Shown here: in pieces, positions 1 through 7,899 of the stretch | How positions within the stretch are numbered: position 1 is the first letter of the stretch | Layout of the letters: each line of letters opens with the position of its first letter | Source of the DNA: a virus | Lineage: Duplodnaviria; Heunggongvirae; Uroviricota; Caudoviricetes | Virus record (IMG/VR): IMGVR_UViG_3300046542_000616 | Direction: 5' to 3' (one strand) | Length of the DNA: 32,000 bases | Made by a program: the position numbers and the translations under genes | The notes under the pieces: model-generated | The model's input: only the letters and a program-made list of their open reading frames with translations | The model's database searches: none | Told to the model about the DNA's origin: nothing

Positions 1-204
1 AACTTGTCGATTTCCCATACGCTGTGCAATCAGTTTCGCGGCGACCTGCTGGCTGACTCGGATGAGTTCATGGCCCTCAGGGCTGCGCTTATCGCAGACC
101 AGAAATTTAATCCGATATGGGCCGCGAAATCATCGAAGCTCGAGCGGGAAGGTCGCAGGGCCAGTGCTGCCAATACACCTATAAATCAAACGACCCCGAT
201 CTAG
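1..204 (+). CDS. hypothetical protein, 3' end (ORF open at left window edge)
   Basis: Frame-1 ORF open from base 1 to TAG 202-204. Convergent with 334-654. No competing minus ORF. Confidence 0.4.
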   Translation, partial: NLSISHTLCNQFRGDLLADSDEFMALRAALIADQKFNPIWAAKSSKLEREGRRASAANTPINQTTPI

Positions 205-280
205 ATTCGGCGCATGCGCGGCTAAAGGGCCGGCGCGGCGCCATTCTAAACCTGGCTAAAAAGCGCAGGCAGCACAAACA

Positions 281-295
281 CCCGGCCAGGCCGGG
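281..295. terminator. weak hairpin CCCGG-N5-CCGGG between convergent genes
   Basis: 5-bp stem with short T-rich tails on both strands. Confidence 0.3.
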
Positions 296-333
296 CTTTG
301 GGCTCAAAAGTGCTGGCCAGCCAAATGACTAGG

Positions 334-654
334 TCAACGCCATCCGAAGTGCTTCGTCACAACCTGCATCTGGATGTAGACCGCATCATTGTAGGTGTCC
401 CAGGCATCCCAGGATTCAGGGGTGTCGAACTTATTGGATGGAGGCGCGGGCATCACAAGCCCCCAGGTTTCAATAACGATTTGCTCTACACCTTTGCCAT
501 CTTTTGACTTCAGAGCGCAGGAGCCTCCACTGTCAATGTCGGTGCCACGGTACGGCTCCATCAGGACAGTGAGCATGTCCTTGTCTAGTTTACCCAGGTC
601 ATAGGCACCGATCACTGTCGCTTCGAAAATGGTGTAACCCTTATTCCAGCCCAT
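334..654 (-). CDS. hypothetical protein (106 aa)
   Basis: ATG 654, TGA 334-336. Predicted 27-nt leader from promoter box 676-716. Confidence 0.7.
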   Translation of the reverse strand: MGWNKGYTIFEATVIGAYDLGKLDKDMLTVLMEPYRGTDIDSGGSCALKSKDGKGVEQIVIETWGLVMPAPPSNKFDTPESWDAWDTYNDAVYIQMQVVTKHFGWR

Positions 655-675
655 TGTGATGCCCTGCTCAAGTTA

Positions 676-716
676 GAGTATGCTATTAGCATACCATCAT
701 TTGTGCAATTTCGCAA
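676..716 (-). promoter_or_regulatory. early-type promoter, TTGCGA-17-TATGCT-N6-ATACT
   Basis: -35 at 711-716, -10 at 688-693, box 676-695. Predicted +1 near 681. Confidence 0.6.
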
Positions 717-773
717 ATTGAATGGGCAGGAATCAGGGTGCTCAGCACCCCTTTGGATAGCCGAGTGCCCAGC

Positions 774-1502
774 CTACGGCTGAGCGCCTCGAAGGTGGCG
801 ATCACGGCTTTGTTGAAGAAGCTCGCGGACGCTTTCGAGCGCTGCCTTATTGATCAGGCCCGGCACCTTGGCCACTTTTCCAAGCAGTCCTTCGACCTTG
901 TCGTAGTAGCCAAGCAGCTGCTGATCAGCTGTTTCGCGTGAAAACGACGTGTCTCGCATGCATAGGCTTTCTCGCAGCGTCTCACGAGCGGCGTTCAGGA
1001 GCTCCATCATCGCCCTGGCCCAATCATGGTTAAGAATCTCGAAAGGGGCCGTGGCAATCAGTCCGTCGTCGAGCTCAAAAAGGCCGAAGTGGATTCTCAG
1101 TGAGTCAACGTGAAGGGTGTCATCCATTATGTTGTGCTTGGCATACAAATCAATGTCTTCAGCCATGAGGGTACGGATGGCGCGCAAGCGCTTTTTCCGG
1201 GCTTGCTTAAACGGTTCGAAGCCGGCCAGGAACTTATCGATCTTGGCGTCAAGCGCAGAGGTGGGAACTGAAGGCCTGTCGAGATCAGCAAAGTACATTT
1301 CGGTGATCGGGGTTTCTGGGTAGCGCGAGCCCAACGTTCCATCAGGTTTCCAGGAATACCCATTCCCTCCCACGAAAAATACGTAGCTCAACACGGAAAG
1401 CCGGCTTCCAAACACGCCAGGGCTCTCAAGGAGCCTGTTTTTTACAAGCTGATCAACAGCGTTGAGTTCTACCGTTTCGGTGCCGGACATTCTGGACTCC
1501 AT
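774..1502 (-). CDS. hypothetical protein (242 aa)
   Basis: Longest ORF locally. Hairpin GGGTGC-N3-GCACCC at 736-750 lies downstream of the stop. Confidence 0.75.
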   Translation of the reverse strand: MESRMSGTETVELNAVDQLVKNRLLESPGVFGSRLSVLSYVFFVGGNGYSWKPDGTLGSRYPETPITEMYFADLDRPSVPTSALDAKIDKFLAGFEPFKQARKKRLRAIRTLMAEDIDLYAKHNIMDDTLHVDSLRIHFGLFELDDGLIATAPFEILNHDWARAMMELLNAARETLRESLCMRDTSFSRETADQQLLGYYDKVEGLLGKVAKVPGLINKAALESVRELLQQSRDRHLRGAQP

Positions 1503-1505
1503 GAC

Positions 1506-1685
1506 TTAAAGTGGCTTTGGCTGCCGGTCAGGGCAGTTCGACAGCAGCGGAAGACGGCCTTCGGACTTGGCTGTCTCGTATTCTTTGAACATGTCGCGAG
1601 ACCAGGCACTGATCGGCGAGCCGAAGTCGACGCATTGGCTCCAGCGGTTGGCCTGGGCAATCCAGAAGCTGTATGGGGTGGACAT
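1506..1685 (-). CDS. hypothetical small protein (59 aa)
   Basis: Internal ATG of track ORF 1506-1847. The minus strand reads AAGGAGACC-TGA-C-ATG, so the SD and the upstream stop sit immediately before the start. Confidence 0.55.
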   Translation of the reverse strand: MSTPYSFWIAQANRWSQCVDFGSPISAWSRDMFKEYETAKSEGRLPLLSNCPDRQPKPL

Positions 1686-1686
1686 G

Positions 1687-2034
1687 TCAGGTCTCCTTGC
1701 CGTCTGGGTAAAGCATGCCTTTGAGCGCTTCCAGCTTGGCACCGAGTTTGCCCAAGTGCAGCAGCGTTTCGTCTTTGAAGCCACGCTCAGCGCTGTTGAT
1801 AGCCAGGTCGAGAAGGGACGTGCTTTCAGTTGCCAATGCCAGCGCATCCGAACTGGCGCTACCGAGTTGCGCCAGGGCGATCATGGTGCCTTCTGGCAGT
1901 GCGTCACGCGCCGTGCACACTGCATCTGTCCAGTCCTCGCCCTTGCCTTGTTCGACCACCTGTACGGCACTGAGGTCTATGGTCGAGACAAGGTGATGCA
2001 GGGCGGTCGCTATGGCCGGGGTTATTGGTTTCAA
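1687..2034 (-). CDS. hypothetical protein (115 aa)
   Basis: ATGA start/stop overlap with 2031-2228. Its end is coupled to the start of 1506-1685. Confidence 0.65.
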   Translation of the reverse strand: MKPITPAIATALHHLVSTIDLSAVQVVEQGKGEDWTDAVCTARDALPEGTMIALAQLGSASSDALALATESTSLLDLAINSAERGFKDETLLHLGKLGAKLEALKGMLYPDGKET

Positions 2035-2228
2035 GGCGCGATGTCCTTCGCGGCTGCATTAGCCACTTCGTCGAGACGCTCGCGGCACGTGCCTTTTTGC
2101 TCATCCCACGCGGAACAAGCGTGAAATTCCTGACCCTTCATGGTCAAGGTGGTCATGCTGGAACCGCACTTGCTGCCGCACACGTCGCAGTAGAACACGG
2201 TGACCTGGACGGTCTCAGTCGTTTTCAT
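2031..2228 (-). CDS. small Cys-rich protein (65 aa), possible zinc ribbon
   Basis: CDVCGSKC motif plus two distal Cys. ATGA overlap with the next gene. Confidence 0.6.
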   Translation of the reverse strand: MKTTETVQVTVFYCDVCGSKCGSSMTTLTMKGQEFHACSAWDEQKGTCRERLDEVANAAAKDIAP

Positions 2229-2264
2229 GCCAGCTCCTTAAGCTGAAGATGAGAAGGGCGGGGC

Positions 2265-2549
2265 TTATTCCGCCTCCAGCCACTCTTCATCGGCCACCGG
2301 GTAGCCCAGGATTTCAAGGGCACGGTCGCGATCCAGACTGAAAATCACATCAACCAAACCGCGATCATTGGGCTTGCCCAGCTGGACATCAATCACACCT
2401 TTTTCCAGCAAACCCGCCTTCATGCGATCCGCTTCAGCCTTGTCAGACGCATACCACCACAGTTTGCCAACGTTGATCGGTGCTTGATTGGCCTGTTGGG
2501 TGGAGCTGGTTGCTGCGGATTGTTGGCTCATGAGGCGTTCCTTCATCAC
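2265..2549 (-). CDS. hypothetical protein (94 aa; alternative start 2531)
   Basis: The ATG at 2531 is preceded by GAAGGAA-N6. Promoter box 2595-2613 lies upstream. Confidence 0.65.
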   Translation of the reverse strand: MMKERLMSQQSAATSSTQQANQAPINVGKLWWYASDKAEADRMKAGLLEKGVIDVQLGKPNDRGLVDVIFSLDRDRALEILGYPVADEEWLEAE

Positions 2550-2594
2550 GTATTCGATAACGTAAATAGTAGATTTATTAAAGAAAAAAGTAGA

Positions 2595-2613
2595 GGTATT
2601 CTTTAACTATACT
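2595..2613 (-). promoter_or_regulatory. promoter box AG-TATAGT-N6-ATACC (no clear -35)
   Basis: -10 at 2606-2611 in an AT-rich stretch upstream of 2265-2549. Confidence 0.4.
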
Positions 2614-2870
2614 TTAATCTTTTTCTTCTTTTTTATGATCGGCAAGCCACGCACTGCGTCATCCCAGTGGGGGTCTCGCTCAGTGTTGCTGCCGATTAGG
2701 GAAACCCAAACCTCAGACTTCTTCCAGCGCTTGGCCAGGGACTTTCCTGTCCAGCCGCGACGTCGATACTCAGCCTTGAACTCATCGGGCGTCATGAGCG
2801 CTACAGGGGCTTCTGGATCAAACAAGGCGGGCCACCTTGACCGAAAGGTCATACAGCCAGCCCGACTCAA
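2607..2870 (-). CDS. hypothetical protein, Lys-rich C-terminus (start ambiguous: TTG 2870, ATG 2852 or 2795)
   Basis: ORF ends ...IIKKKKKIKV. Its 3' end overlaps promoter box 2595-2613. The long form overlaps 2818-3192. Confidence 0.5.
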   Translation of the reverse strand: MSRAGCMTFRSRWPALFDPEAPVALMTPDEFKAEYRRRGWTGKSLAKRWKKSEVWVSLIGSNTERDPHWDDAVRGLPIIKKKKKIKV

Positions 2871-3192
2871 TCAGTGGCTTCTTGTGGTGATGAATCCGCC
2901 CGACCTGTGAGGCGGTGAGCAGGTAAGCCGTAGACAAAGCTAGCAGCACGATCAGGAGCAGGCCTTTGAGGCGAGGGGTGTTTTTCCAGCTGATGTTTGC
3001 CTCATCACACCAGTAGCTGAAGCTGATGAAGGGCACGATAACCAGGGCCGCCCCAATGCCTTTCTCGAAATACACCGCCGCCGTGGCGGTCATGATCGAC
3101 AACAGCACGACCAGCAGGGTTTTCCACCACGGCGGCAGCGTGATGCGGGTGGCTTCCTGTTCCAGGCTCTGGCTGGGTGTGTTGTCGGTCAC
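2818..3192 (-). CDS. membrane protein (124 aa, ~3 TM), paralogue of 3213-3566
   Basis: Hydrophobic segments. Shares the SxWCD...I(S)xKNTPRLK motif with its neighbour. Confidence 0.7.
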   Translation of the reverse strand: MTDNTPSQSLEQEATRITLPPWWKTLLVVLLSIMTATAAVYFEKGIGAALVIVPFISFSYWCDEANISWKNTPRLKGLLLIVLLALSTAYLLTASQVGRIHHHKKPLIESGWLYDLSVKVARLV

Positions 3193-3212
3193 GATGGTTT
3201 CCTTGACTGGTA

Positions 3213-3566
3213 TTAGAAAAAGTACTTCACGACATGGGAGAAGAACCAGCCGGTTTCTCGGTTAGCGAGCACGAGGAACATGCAGGCCGCCAGATAGACA
3301 ATCGAGAGCGTGAACAACAGCACTTTGAGGCGAGGGGTGTTTTTGAGTGAAATGCCCGAGAAATCGCACCACGACGCGAAGGCGAAGTATGGAATGAACA
3401 CCAGCAAACTGCTGTACGAGTGATCAAAGTAGAACCCGATTGCGCTAGCGAAGATGACAATCAGGATCAGATAAACGGTTTGGCGAGTGGTCAGCCGGCT
3501 GACTTTGCTGAACTCGAAGTATTCGTTGACTGCCGGGTTGGTATTGCTCATCAGGGCGTCCTGCAT
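3213..3566 (-). CDS. membrane protein (117 aa, ~3 TM), paralogue of 2818-3192 (alternative start 3551)
   Basis: Same WCD/KNTPRLK motif. 22-nt DNA identity between 3323-3344 and 2964-2985. AGGA-N8-ATG at 3551. Confidence 0.7.
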   Translation of the reverse strand: MQDALMSNTNPAVNEYFEFSKVSRLTTRQTVYLILIVIFASAIGFYFDHSYSSLLVFIPYFAFASWCDFSGISLKNTPRLKVLLFTLSIVYLAACMFLVLANRETGWFFSHVVKYFF

Positions 3567-3627
3567 AGGATGGGTTAGTGCTAAAAAGATTAAACCCTGC
3601 TTTAATTTATATCAAGTGACCAGGCGC

Positions 3628-3655
3628 AAAAAAGGCCCTATTTACGGGCCTTTTT
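3628..3655. terminator. bidirectional rho-independent terminator
   Basis: AAAAAAGGCCC-tatttac-GGGCCTTTTT. Confidence 0.75.
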
Positions 3656-3668
3656 CGTGTTTTATTGG

Positions 3669-3935
3669 TTACTTTCCGAGGTCAATACCAAGGCGCTTGG
3701 CTTCAGCCCGGATTGCCCGGTATTTGTCGACATGGCCGCGCTGGTCGTACAAAGCCAACAGGCGATCCCGAATGACCTCATCAGGCTCTTCGATAAGCTC
3801 GATGGTCACGCGATAACGCTGTACCTGGATCTCATTGTTGAGGTGTGATGGCTCATCCTGGGTGGCCTGCCTGACCAGCCGCTTGATGTCCGTGAAGGTT
3901 TCGATGACCACCGGTTCTGGCTTGGCTGCGTTCAT
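3669..3935 (-). CDS. hypothetical protein (88 aa)
   Basis: Clean ORF. Strong terminator 3628-3655 follows the stop. Confidence 0.7.
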   Translation of the reverse strand: MNAAKPEPVVIETFTDIKRLVRQATQDEPSHLNNEIQVQRYRVTIELIEEPDEVIRDRLLALYDQRGHVDKYRAIRAEAKRLGIDLGK

Positions 3936-3953
3936 AAAAAAGTCCTGATTGGC

Positions 3954-4214
3954 TTAGAGGATGCGCACTGGAAAGGCTTGCATCCGAAGTGTGTTTCGCT
4001 CGAATTTCTGACGCAGTGATTTCGCAATGTCAGTCACCTGCAAGTCATTCACCAGGAACTCAGCCTCAATGCGCGGCACGTATTCATACTCAGGGTGACT
4101 GAGATAAAGGTCGGCTTGCTTGATGCTGACCTCTCTGATGCCCAATGCCTCGAGCCCATCAATGAGCGAATCGCGAGCATAAGGCTCAATCTGTACCCGC
4201 AGCATGGATATCAT
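3954..4214 (-). CDS. hypothetical protein (86 aa)
   Basis: ATGA overlap with the upstream gene at 4211-4214. Confidence 0.65.
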   Translation of the reverse strand: MISMLRVQIEPYARDSLIDGLEALGIREVSIKQADLYLSHPEYEYVPRIEAEFLVNDLQVTDIAKSLRQKFERNTLRMQAFPVRIL

Positions 4215-4477
4215 GGGCGATGATCTCGATGGGATTCGTTATGATCCCCCAGGATCAGCCATTGGGGGCCACCGTCAAAGTCTGCACAGTACCACTCCCA
4301 TCCCAGGCTTCCGGAGTCCTTGCCGCAGCCATTAAGCTCGACGGTATCCAGGCTGCCGTCGCTGACGCGGATGGATAGCGCGCAATAACTCAAAACCAGG
4401 TCTTCGCTACGGATGACACCCTCTCGGCCATCCGCATTGCGAACCTTCTTGCCGCACCATCCGAGACTCTCGATCAC
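4211..4477 (-). CDS. hypothetical protein (88 aa; track ORF extends to GTG 4513)
   Basis: GTG 4477 forms a GTGA overlap with the stop of 4474-4845. Confidence 0.55.
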   Translation of the reverse strand: MIESLGWCGKKVRNADGREGVIRSEDLVLSYCALSIRVSDGSLDTVELNGCGKDSGSLGWEWYCADFDGGPQWLILGDHNESHRDHRP

Positions 4478-4845
4478 ACCAGCACCGCCTTGAAGTCTGG
4501 GTTTGGCCTGCACAATTCATTAAAAACGATGGGGTGCAACGGATCCATTTGGATCTCGATGCCCTCATAGCGTGCCGCACAGGTGTCCTGACGGAAAATG
4601 CCGTGAGGCACAAAAGGCGTGTCACCCAGCCACATGCGCGCCCGGTAGTCGACTGTCAGCTCACCAACCATGATCCAGTAATGGTGGGGGATCGAGCCAT
4701 CGTTGAGGCTGACACTGCCGACCATTACCTGATGGGGGATGCCCAGGTTCTGCAGTCGCGTGGTGATCAGCCGGCACATACCGTCGCACTCCACTGGGGC
4801 TGCATCCAGGTCGTTGAGCAGTTCGCGCAGTTCAATCGGTAGCAT
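4474..4845 (-). CDS. putative transglutaminase-like / papain-fold Cys-His-Asp protein (123 aa)
   Basis: DGMCRLITTRLQNLGIPHQVMVGS followed by HHYWIMVGELTVDY matches the transglutaminase-core pattern G-x-C-x(n)-GIP-x-R/Q-x-V-x-G ... H-x-W ... D. Confidence 0.6.
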   Translation of the reverse strand: MLPIELRELLNDLDAAPVECDGMCRLITTRLQNLGIPHQVMVGSVSLNDGSIPHHYWIMVGELTVDYRARMWLGDTPFVPHGIFRQDTCAARYEGIEIQMDPLHPIVFNELCRPNPDFKAVLV

Positions 4846-4850
4846 GGCGG

Positions 4851-5330
4851 TTACTCGGTCTTGGCAGTGATGTCAGGGAGCTGGGCAAAGGCGTCAACTC
4901 GATTATCGAGGGCGCGGCTCGGATCACTGCGGCTGATATCATTGAGCAGGTCGGTTGCGAGTTTCAAGCGTTCTTCAAGCAGGTCGTTGCGCAAGCGCAG
5001 GTTCAGATTGTTCTTCAGCCGCTCATCGCGGTCAGCAGTCATCTTTTTCAGCGCTTCCAGGCAGTTTTCCAGCGAACGCGACAACCAGCGAATCCGATCC
5101 TTGCCGGCTGTTAGCCAGGCGATAGGCGCGAAATAATCAGGGTCTTTACTCATGACCGCTTTGATATCCAGCTGCGCATTACCGTTCAGGTACACGCCAT
5201 TGGCGAGCGCGTCGTCGGTGATATGCCCCAGGGCAAGAGTGGAACGCTCGCCGTCATAGCGCCCAGCGTGCGGATCCGCCTCACCGGCTTCCCTCCAGTT
5301 CGACGATGGTGTGCTGTTCTGGTCAGTCAT
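4851..5330 (-). CDS. hypothetical protein (159 aa), coiled-coil C-terminus
   Basis: ATG 5330 is preceded by AAAGGA-N6. The longer track form would overlap 5372-5716. Confidence 0.7.
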   Translation of the reverse strand: MTDQNSTPSSNWREAGEADPHAGRYDGERSTLALGHITDDALANGVYLNGNAQLDIKAVMSKDPDYFAPIAWLTAGKDRIRWLSRSLENCLEALKKMTADRDERLKNNLNLRLRNDLLEERLKLATDLLNDISRSDPSRALDNRVDAFAQLPDITAKTE

Positions 5331-5371
5331 GTTCAGTCCTTTGTCGGGACGGGCCCGACCAGCGTGTAATT

Positions 5372-5716
5372 TTAAAGAGGCTTCTTGGTGTAAGCCCACT
5401 CGGCCTGAATCAGTTCAGGTACGTATTTGACAACGTCTTCGAACGAGCCCTGTAACGTGGAGCCGTTCGGTTCGCCACTGAAGCCCTTAACCAATTCGTC
5501 ACGGTCGTTGAGGAAAAACCACCCAACACCGGGAACCTCTTTGTACGGTTCAAATGCGTGCTTGCGATCCATCACCGGCTTAGGCCGGGTGTAGAACTTC
5601 ACGCCATTGAATTCAGCGGTCAGGCCGTAGTCGTGGCAGTTCTTGTGCACCGGATCAATCGGCTTGTGATTGATCCAGGTCTGGAGCAGATGCTCTTTGA
5701 TCTGAGCTGCGCTCAT
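5372..5716 (-). CDS. hypothetical protein (114 aa)
   Basis: The start shares one nucleotide with the upstream stop (TAATG type). Confidence 0.7.
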   Translation of the reverse strand: MSAAQIKEHLLQTWINHKPIDPVHKNCHDYGLTAEFNGVKFYTRPKPVMDRKHAFEPYKEVPGVGWFFLNDRDELVKGFSGEPNGSTLQGSFEDVVKYVPELIQAEWAYTKKPL

Positions 5717-6153
5717 TACACAGCCTCGCGACGGTTCTTTTCATCCACCATGCGGTTGATGTCCTGGCGAACGGTGCGCATCAAGGTCTGGCGAGGCACT
5801 GCCGGCAGTTTGACCGGTACGCGCCAGTTACCTTGGCTGAAGCTGTTCGAGACGCCAGTATCCAGTTGCAACAGTACGGTGGTTGAACGAACATCGCCGT
5901 TGAAAGACACGGACTTGATACCAGGGGTCGCTTCAGCCGTAAGCTTGAACCACGACTCGATGGTCGACAGTTGTTCTTTCTGCTGGCCATTGAGGCCCTG
6001 CTGGCACTCACGCACGCTGAGGTTCAGGTGGGCAGAGGCCAGTTTGACCATGTCGGTCGCAAGCTCTTCAGCCTGTTTTGCGGCCAGGCCGCAGTCGCTG
6101 ATCAACACGTCAATCAACGCTTGCAGGGTGTGTAGAGGGTCGATGGAATTCAT
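5716..6153 (-). CDS. hypothetical protein (145 aa)
   Basis: ATG 6153 is preceded by GGAG. The longer track form (to 6384) would run through promoter 6172-6211. Confidence 0.7.
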   Translation of the reverse strand: MNSIDPLHTLQALIDVLISDCGLAAKQAEELATDMVKLASAHLNLSVRECQQGLNGQQKEQLSTIESWFKLTAEATPGIKSVSFNGDVRSTTVLLQLDTGVSNSFSQGNWRVPVKLPAVPRQTLMRTVRQDINRMVDEKNRREAV

Positions 6154-6171
6154 TTCGGTGTAGCTCCAATT

Positions 6172-6211
6172 CGGTATGCGCTGAGTATACCGTAATGGCG
6201 AATCGCCGCAA
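6172..6211 (-). promoter_or_regulatory. early-type promoter, TTGCGG-16-TATACT-N6-ATACC
   Basis: -35 at 6206-6211, -10 at 6184-6189. Predicted leader of 24 nt to ATG 6153. Confidence 0.65.
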
Positions 6212-6224
6212 GCGATTTTGTCAA

Positions 6225-6674
6225 TTAATGCAAATTTGCACTTGGCCGGCGTTCGCAGGACTTGGACTCTCCTACAGCCCGCATGCGGGCATATACCAAG
6301 CTGACCGTCTCTTTGTCGTTGAAGAGGAACGGTTTGACGTCGTCGCCGATTTTGGCCTCCATGGCTGGGTTGGCCTTGATGCAACTCTCTGCAAGGCGCG
6401 CCATGATCAGCATTTCCATGACGCGGTCACCCGCCACAATCATCGAAGGGCAGGGGGCACCGCCAAAAGGCGCGTCAGCCAGTGCATCCATGGCTTCAAA
6501 GATGATGTCGCTGACCTCGCGGTCGTTGTCGAACCATTGCGCGATCTCTGGAGGGGCTTCGGCCACCGTGAGGCCACCACCCAGGCCGTCAAAGGACTGG
6601 ATGATCTCAGCGTCGGTGGCAAGCTCCACCACGCGATTACCGGCATCGATCATGGCTTGGGTGATCACAAACAT
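6225..6674 (-). CDS. hypothetical protein (149 aa)
   Basis: ATG 6674 is preceded by GAGGTG-N4. The 3' end overlaps the upstream part of promoter 6172-6211. Confidence 0.65.
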   Translation of the reverse strand: MFVITQAMIDAGNRVVELATDAEIIQSFDGLGGGLTVAEAPPEIAQWFDNDREVSDIIFEAMDALADAPFGGAPCPSMIVAGDRVMEMLIMARLAESCIKANPAMEAKIGDDVKPFLFNDKETVSLVYARMRAVGESKSCERRPSANLH

Positions 6675-6712
6675 AGGGCACCTCATGTGCGCAGAGTTGA
6701 AGACTTTGATAA

Positions 6713-6733
6713 CGAGTATCCTACACGAATACT
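6713..6733. promoter_or_regulatory. palindromic box GAGTAT-N9-ATACTG, orientation ambiguous
   Basis: Lies in the divergent region between 6225-6674 (-) and 6870-7073 (+). The -10-like hexamers are weak in both directions. Confidence 0.35.
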
Positions 6734-6805
6734 GAATTGCACTAAAGCGCAAAATGCGTTGTTTGGGTGCAAATGCTCTTGTCCTGACAATTACGCGAAA
6801 AATCA

Positions 6806-6834
6806 TTGCGGGTTCTGTTTATCAGAACTATAGT
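6806..6834 (+). promoter_or_regulatory. sigma70-type promoter TTGCGG-17-TATAGT
   Basis: -35 at 6806-6811, -10 at 6829-6834, 36 nt upstream of ATG 6870. Confidence 0.65.
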
Positions 6835-6869
6835 GGAGCGACTTTAAGCCACTTCGTGAAGGAACGACC

Positions 6870-7073
6870 ATGGCCCTGTGGACTGTTGCGCGCTACCCGA
6901 GCGGTGCGTGGGATACCGGTGGTAGCCCAACTGATCCTGATTATGCGAACTGCGAGGTTTTCCAGGTATATGCCAATCACCGGGACGATGCCCTGGCCCT
7001 GGGCAAGGCAGCGCGTAAATCCAAGGTAGCCAAGGAAAAGCGGCTGGCCAAGAAGGCTCAAGCTCAGGGTTAA
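6870..7073 (+). CDS. hypothetical protein (67 aa), Lys/Ala-rich tail; lone plus-strand cassette
   Basis: GAAGGAA-N5-ATG. Own promoter at 6806-6834 and own terminator at 7094-7118. Confidence 0.7.
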   Translation: MALWTVARYPSGAWDTGGSPTDPDYANCEVFQVYANHRDDALALGKAARKSKVAKEKRLAKKAQAQG

Positions 7074-7093
7074 GCTGCCCACCTCGTCAAGAC

Positions 7094-7118
7094 AAAGCCC
7101 CGTGAGTCGGGGCTTTTT
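7094..7118 (+). terminator. rho-independent terminator of 6870-7073
   Basis: AAAGCCCCG-tgagt-CGGGGCTTTTT. Confidence 0.75.
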
Positions 7119-7138
7119 CATGTCTGCTGATCAGGAAC

Positions 7139-7165
7139 GAAAAAGCCAGGCTCTGAGCCTGGCTT
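7139..7165 (-). terminator. rho-independent terminator of 7182-7694
   Basis: The minus strand reads AAGCCAGGCT-cag-AGCCTGGCTTTTTCG. Confidence 0.75.
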
Positions 7166-7181
7166 GGGGGTGTTACTTTGA

Positions 7182-7694
7182 TTACGCAGCAATGGGCGGC
7201 GTCTGGATGCAGAAGCCATGATGAATAGGTGCGAAATCATACTGAGGAGCAACGTAATCATCCGTCACAGCCCATGGCTCGTACCTGTTAATCACGCGCT
7301 CCATTTCGCCCAGGGCTTTTTTGTACTTGGAGATTAAGTGGCTTAAGGCTCCACGACGTCTATTCATCAGCGGTTCATAACCCGGTTCTCCAGGATTGCG
7401 GATGTAGATGACATTCTGAATTACACCAAAACCATCCTTCGGATCGACCCACTTGCCTGGTTCGTAGACCTCGTCCAGGTGAACCGTAAGCAATTGCTCT
7501 CTGGTTTTGGCAAGTTGCTTGATGTAGGAATCAAAAACCCACTGCACGCCGGCACAGTCAACTTCGAAGGGCTTGAATTCTGAGCCTGGACAGTCATAGT
7601 CCAAATCACCACGTTCACGCACGTGTTTACGCATCCGGCCATCTTTGTTGATGCGGTGCGCCGCAAAGCACACTTGGCACGTTCCTGTTTTCAT
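7182..7694 (-). CDS. hypothetical protein (170 aa), N-terminal CxxC
   Basis: Clean ORF followed by terminator 7139-7165. Confidence 0.75.
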   Translation of the reverse strand: MKTGTCQVCFAAHRINKDGRMRKHVRERGDLDYDCPGSEFKPFEVDCAGVQWVFDSYIKQLAKTREQLLTVHLDEVYEPGKWVDPKDGFGVIQNVIYIRNPGEPGYEPLMNRRRGALSHLISKYKKALGEMERVINRYEPWAVTDDYVAPQYDFAPIHHGFCIQTPPIAA

Positions 7695-7879
7695 TGTCCG
7701 AACAGTCCTACCAGAGACCCGTCACGCTCACGCACCTCAATGCAGTAGAGGCCGCAGTTACCAGGGGCCGTGGCCACCTTGTACGTCCACTCGCTGGCAC
7801 CCGATTGAAGCTCGACTGCCATGCGTTCGGCGTCAGCTCGCAGATAACGGCCACCTTTTGCGCTGATCAATATGCTCAT
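7691..7879 (-). CDS. hypothetical protein (62 aa)
   Basis: GGAG-N6-ATG. ATGA overlap with 7182-7694. Confidence 0.6.
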   Translation of the reverse strand: MSILISAKGGRYLRADAERMAVELQSGASEWTYKVATAPGNCGLYCIEVRERDGSLVGLFGQ

Positions 7880-7899
7880 GATGATCTCCAGTTGCGAGA

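Noticed and set aside
1567-2124. Long plus-strand ORFs antisense to minus-strand genes (for example 1567-2124, 5558-6163, 6195-6833, 7948-8505, 10923-11540, 18391-19059, 20291-20866, 21498-21977, 24608-25243 and minus 30113-30721 opposite 29945-30763).
   Set aside because: These are shadow ORFs typical of GC-rich coding DNA. They lack SD sequences and promoters, give low-complexity Arg/Ser/Ala-rich translations, and fully overlap better-supported genes that tile with coupled starts and stops.
2616-2640. Slippery A-AAA-AAG run (minus strand) near the end of 2607-2870, and a similar Lys-run in 11567-11830, as programmed frameshift sites.
   Set aside because: Both the -1 and +1 frames hit stops within a few codons, so no extended product is possible. 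The A-runs simply encode Lys tails in AT-rich promoter-proximal DNA.
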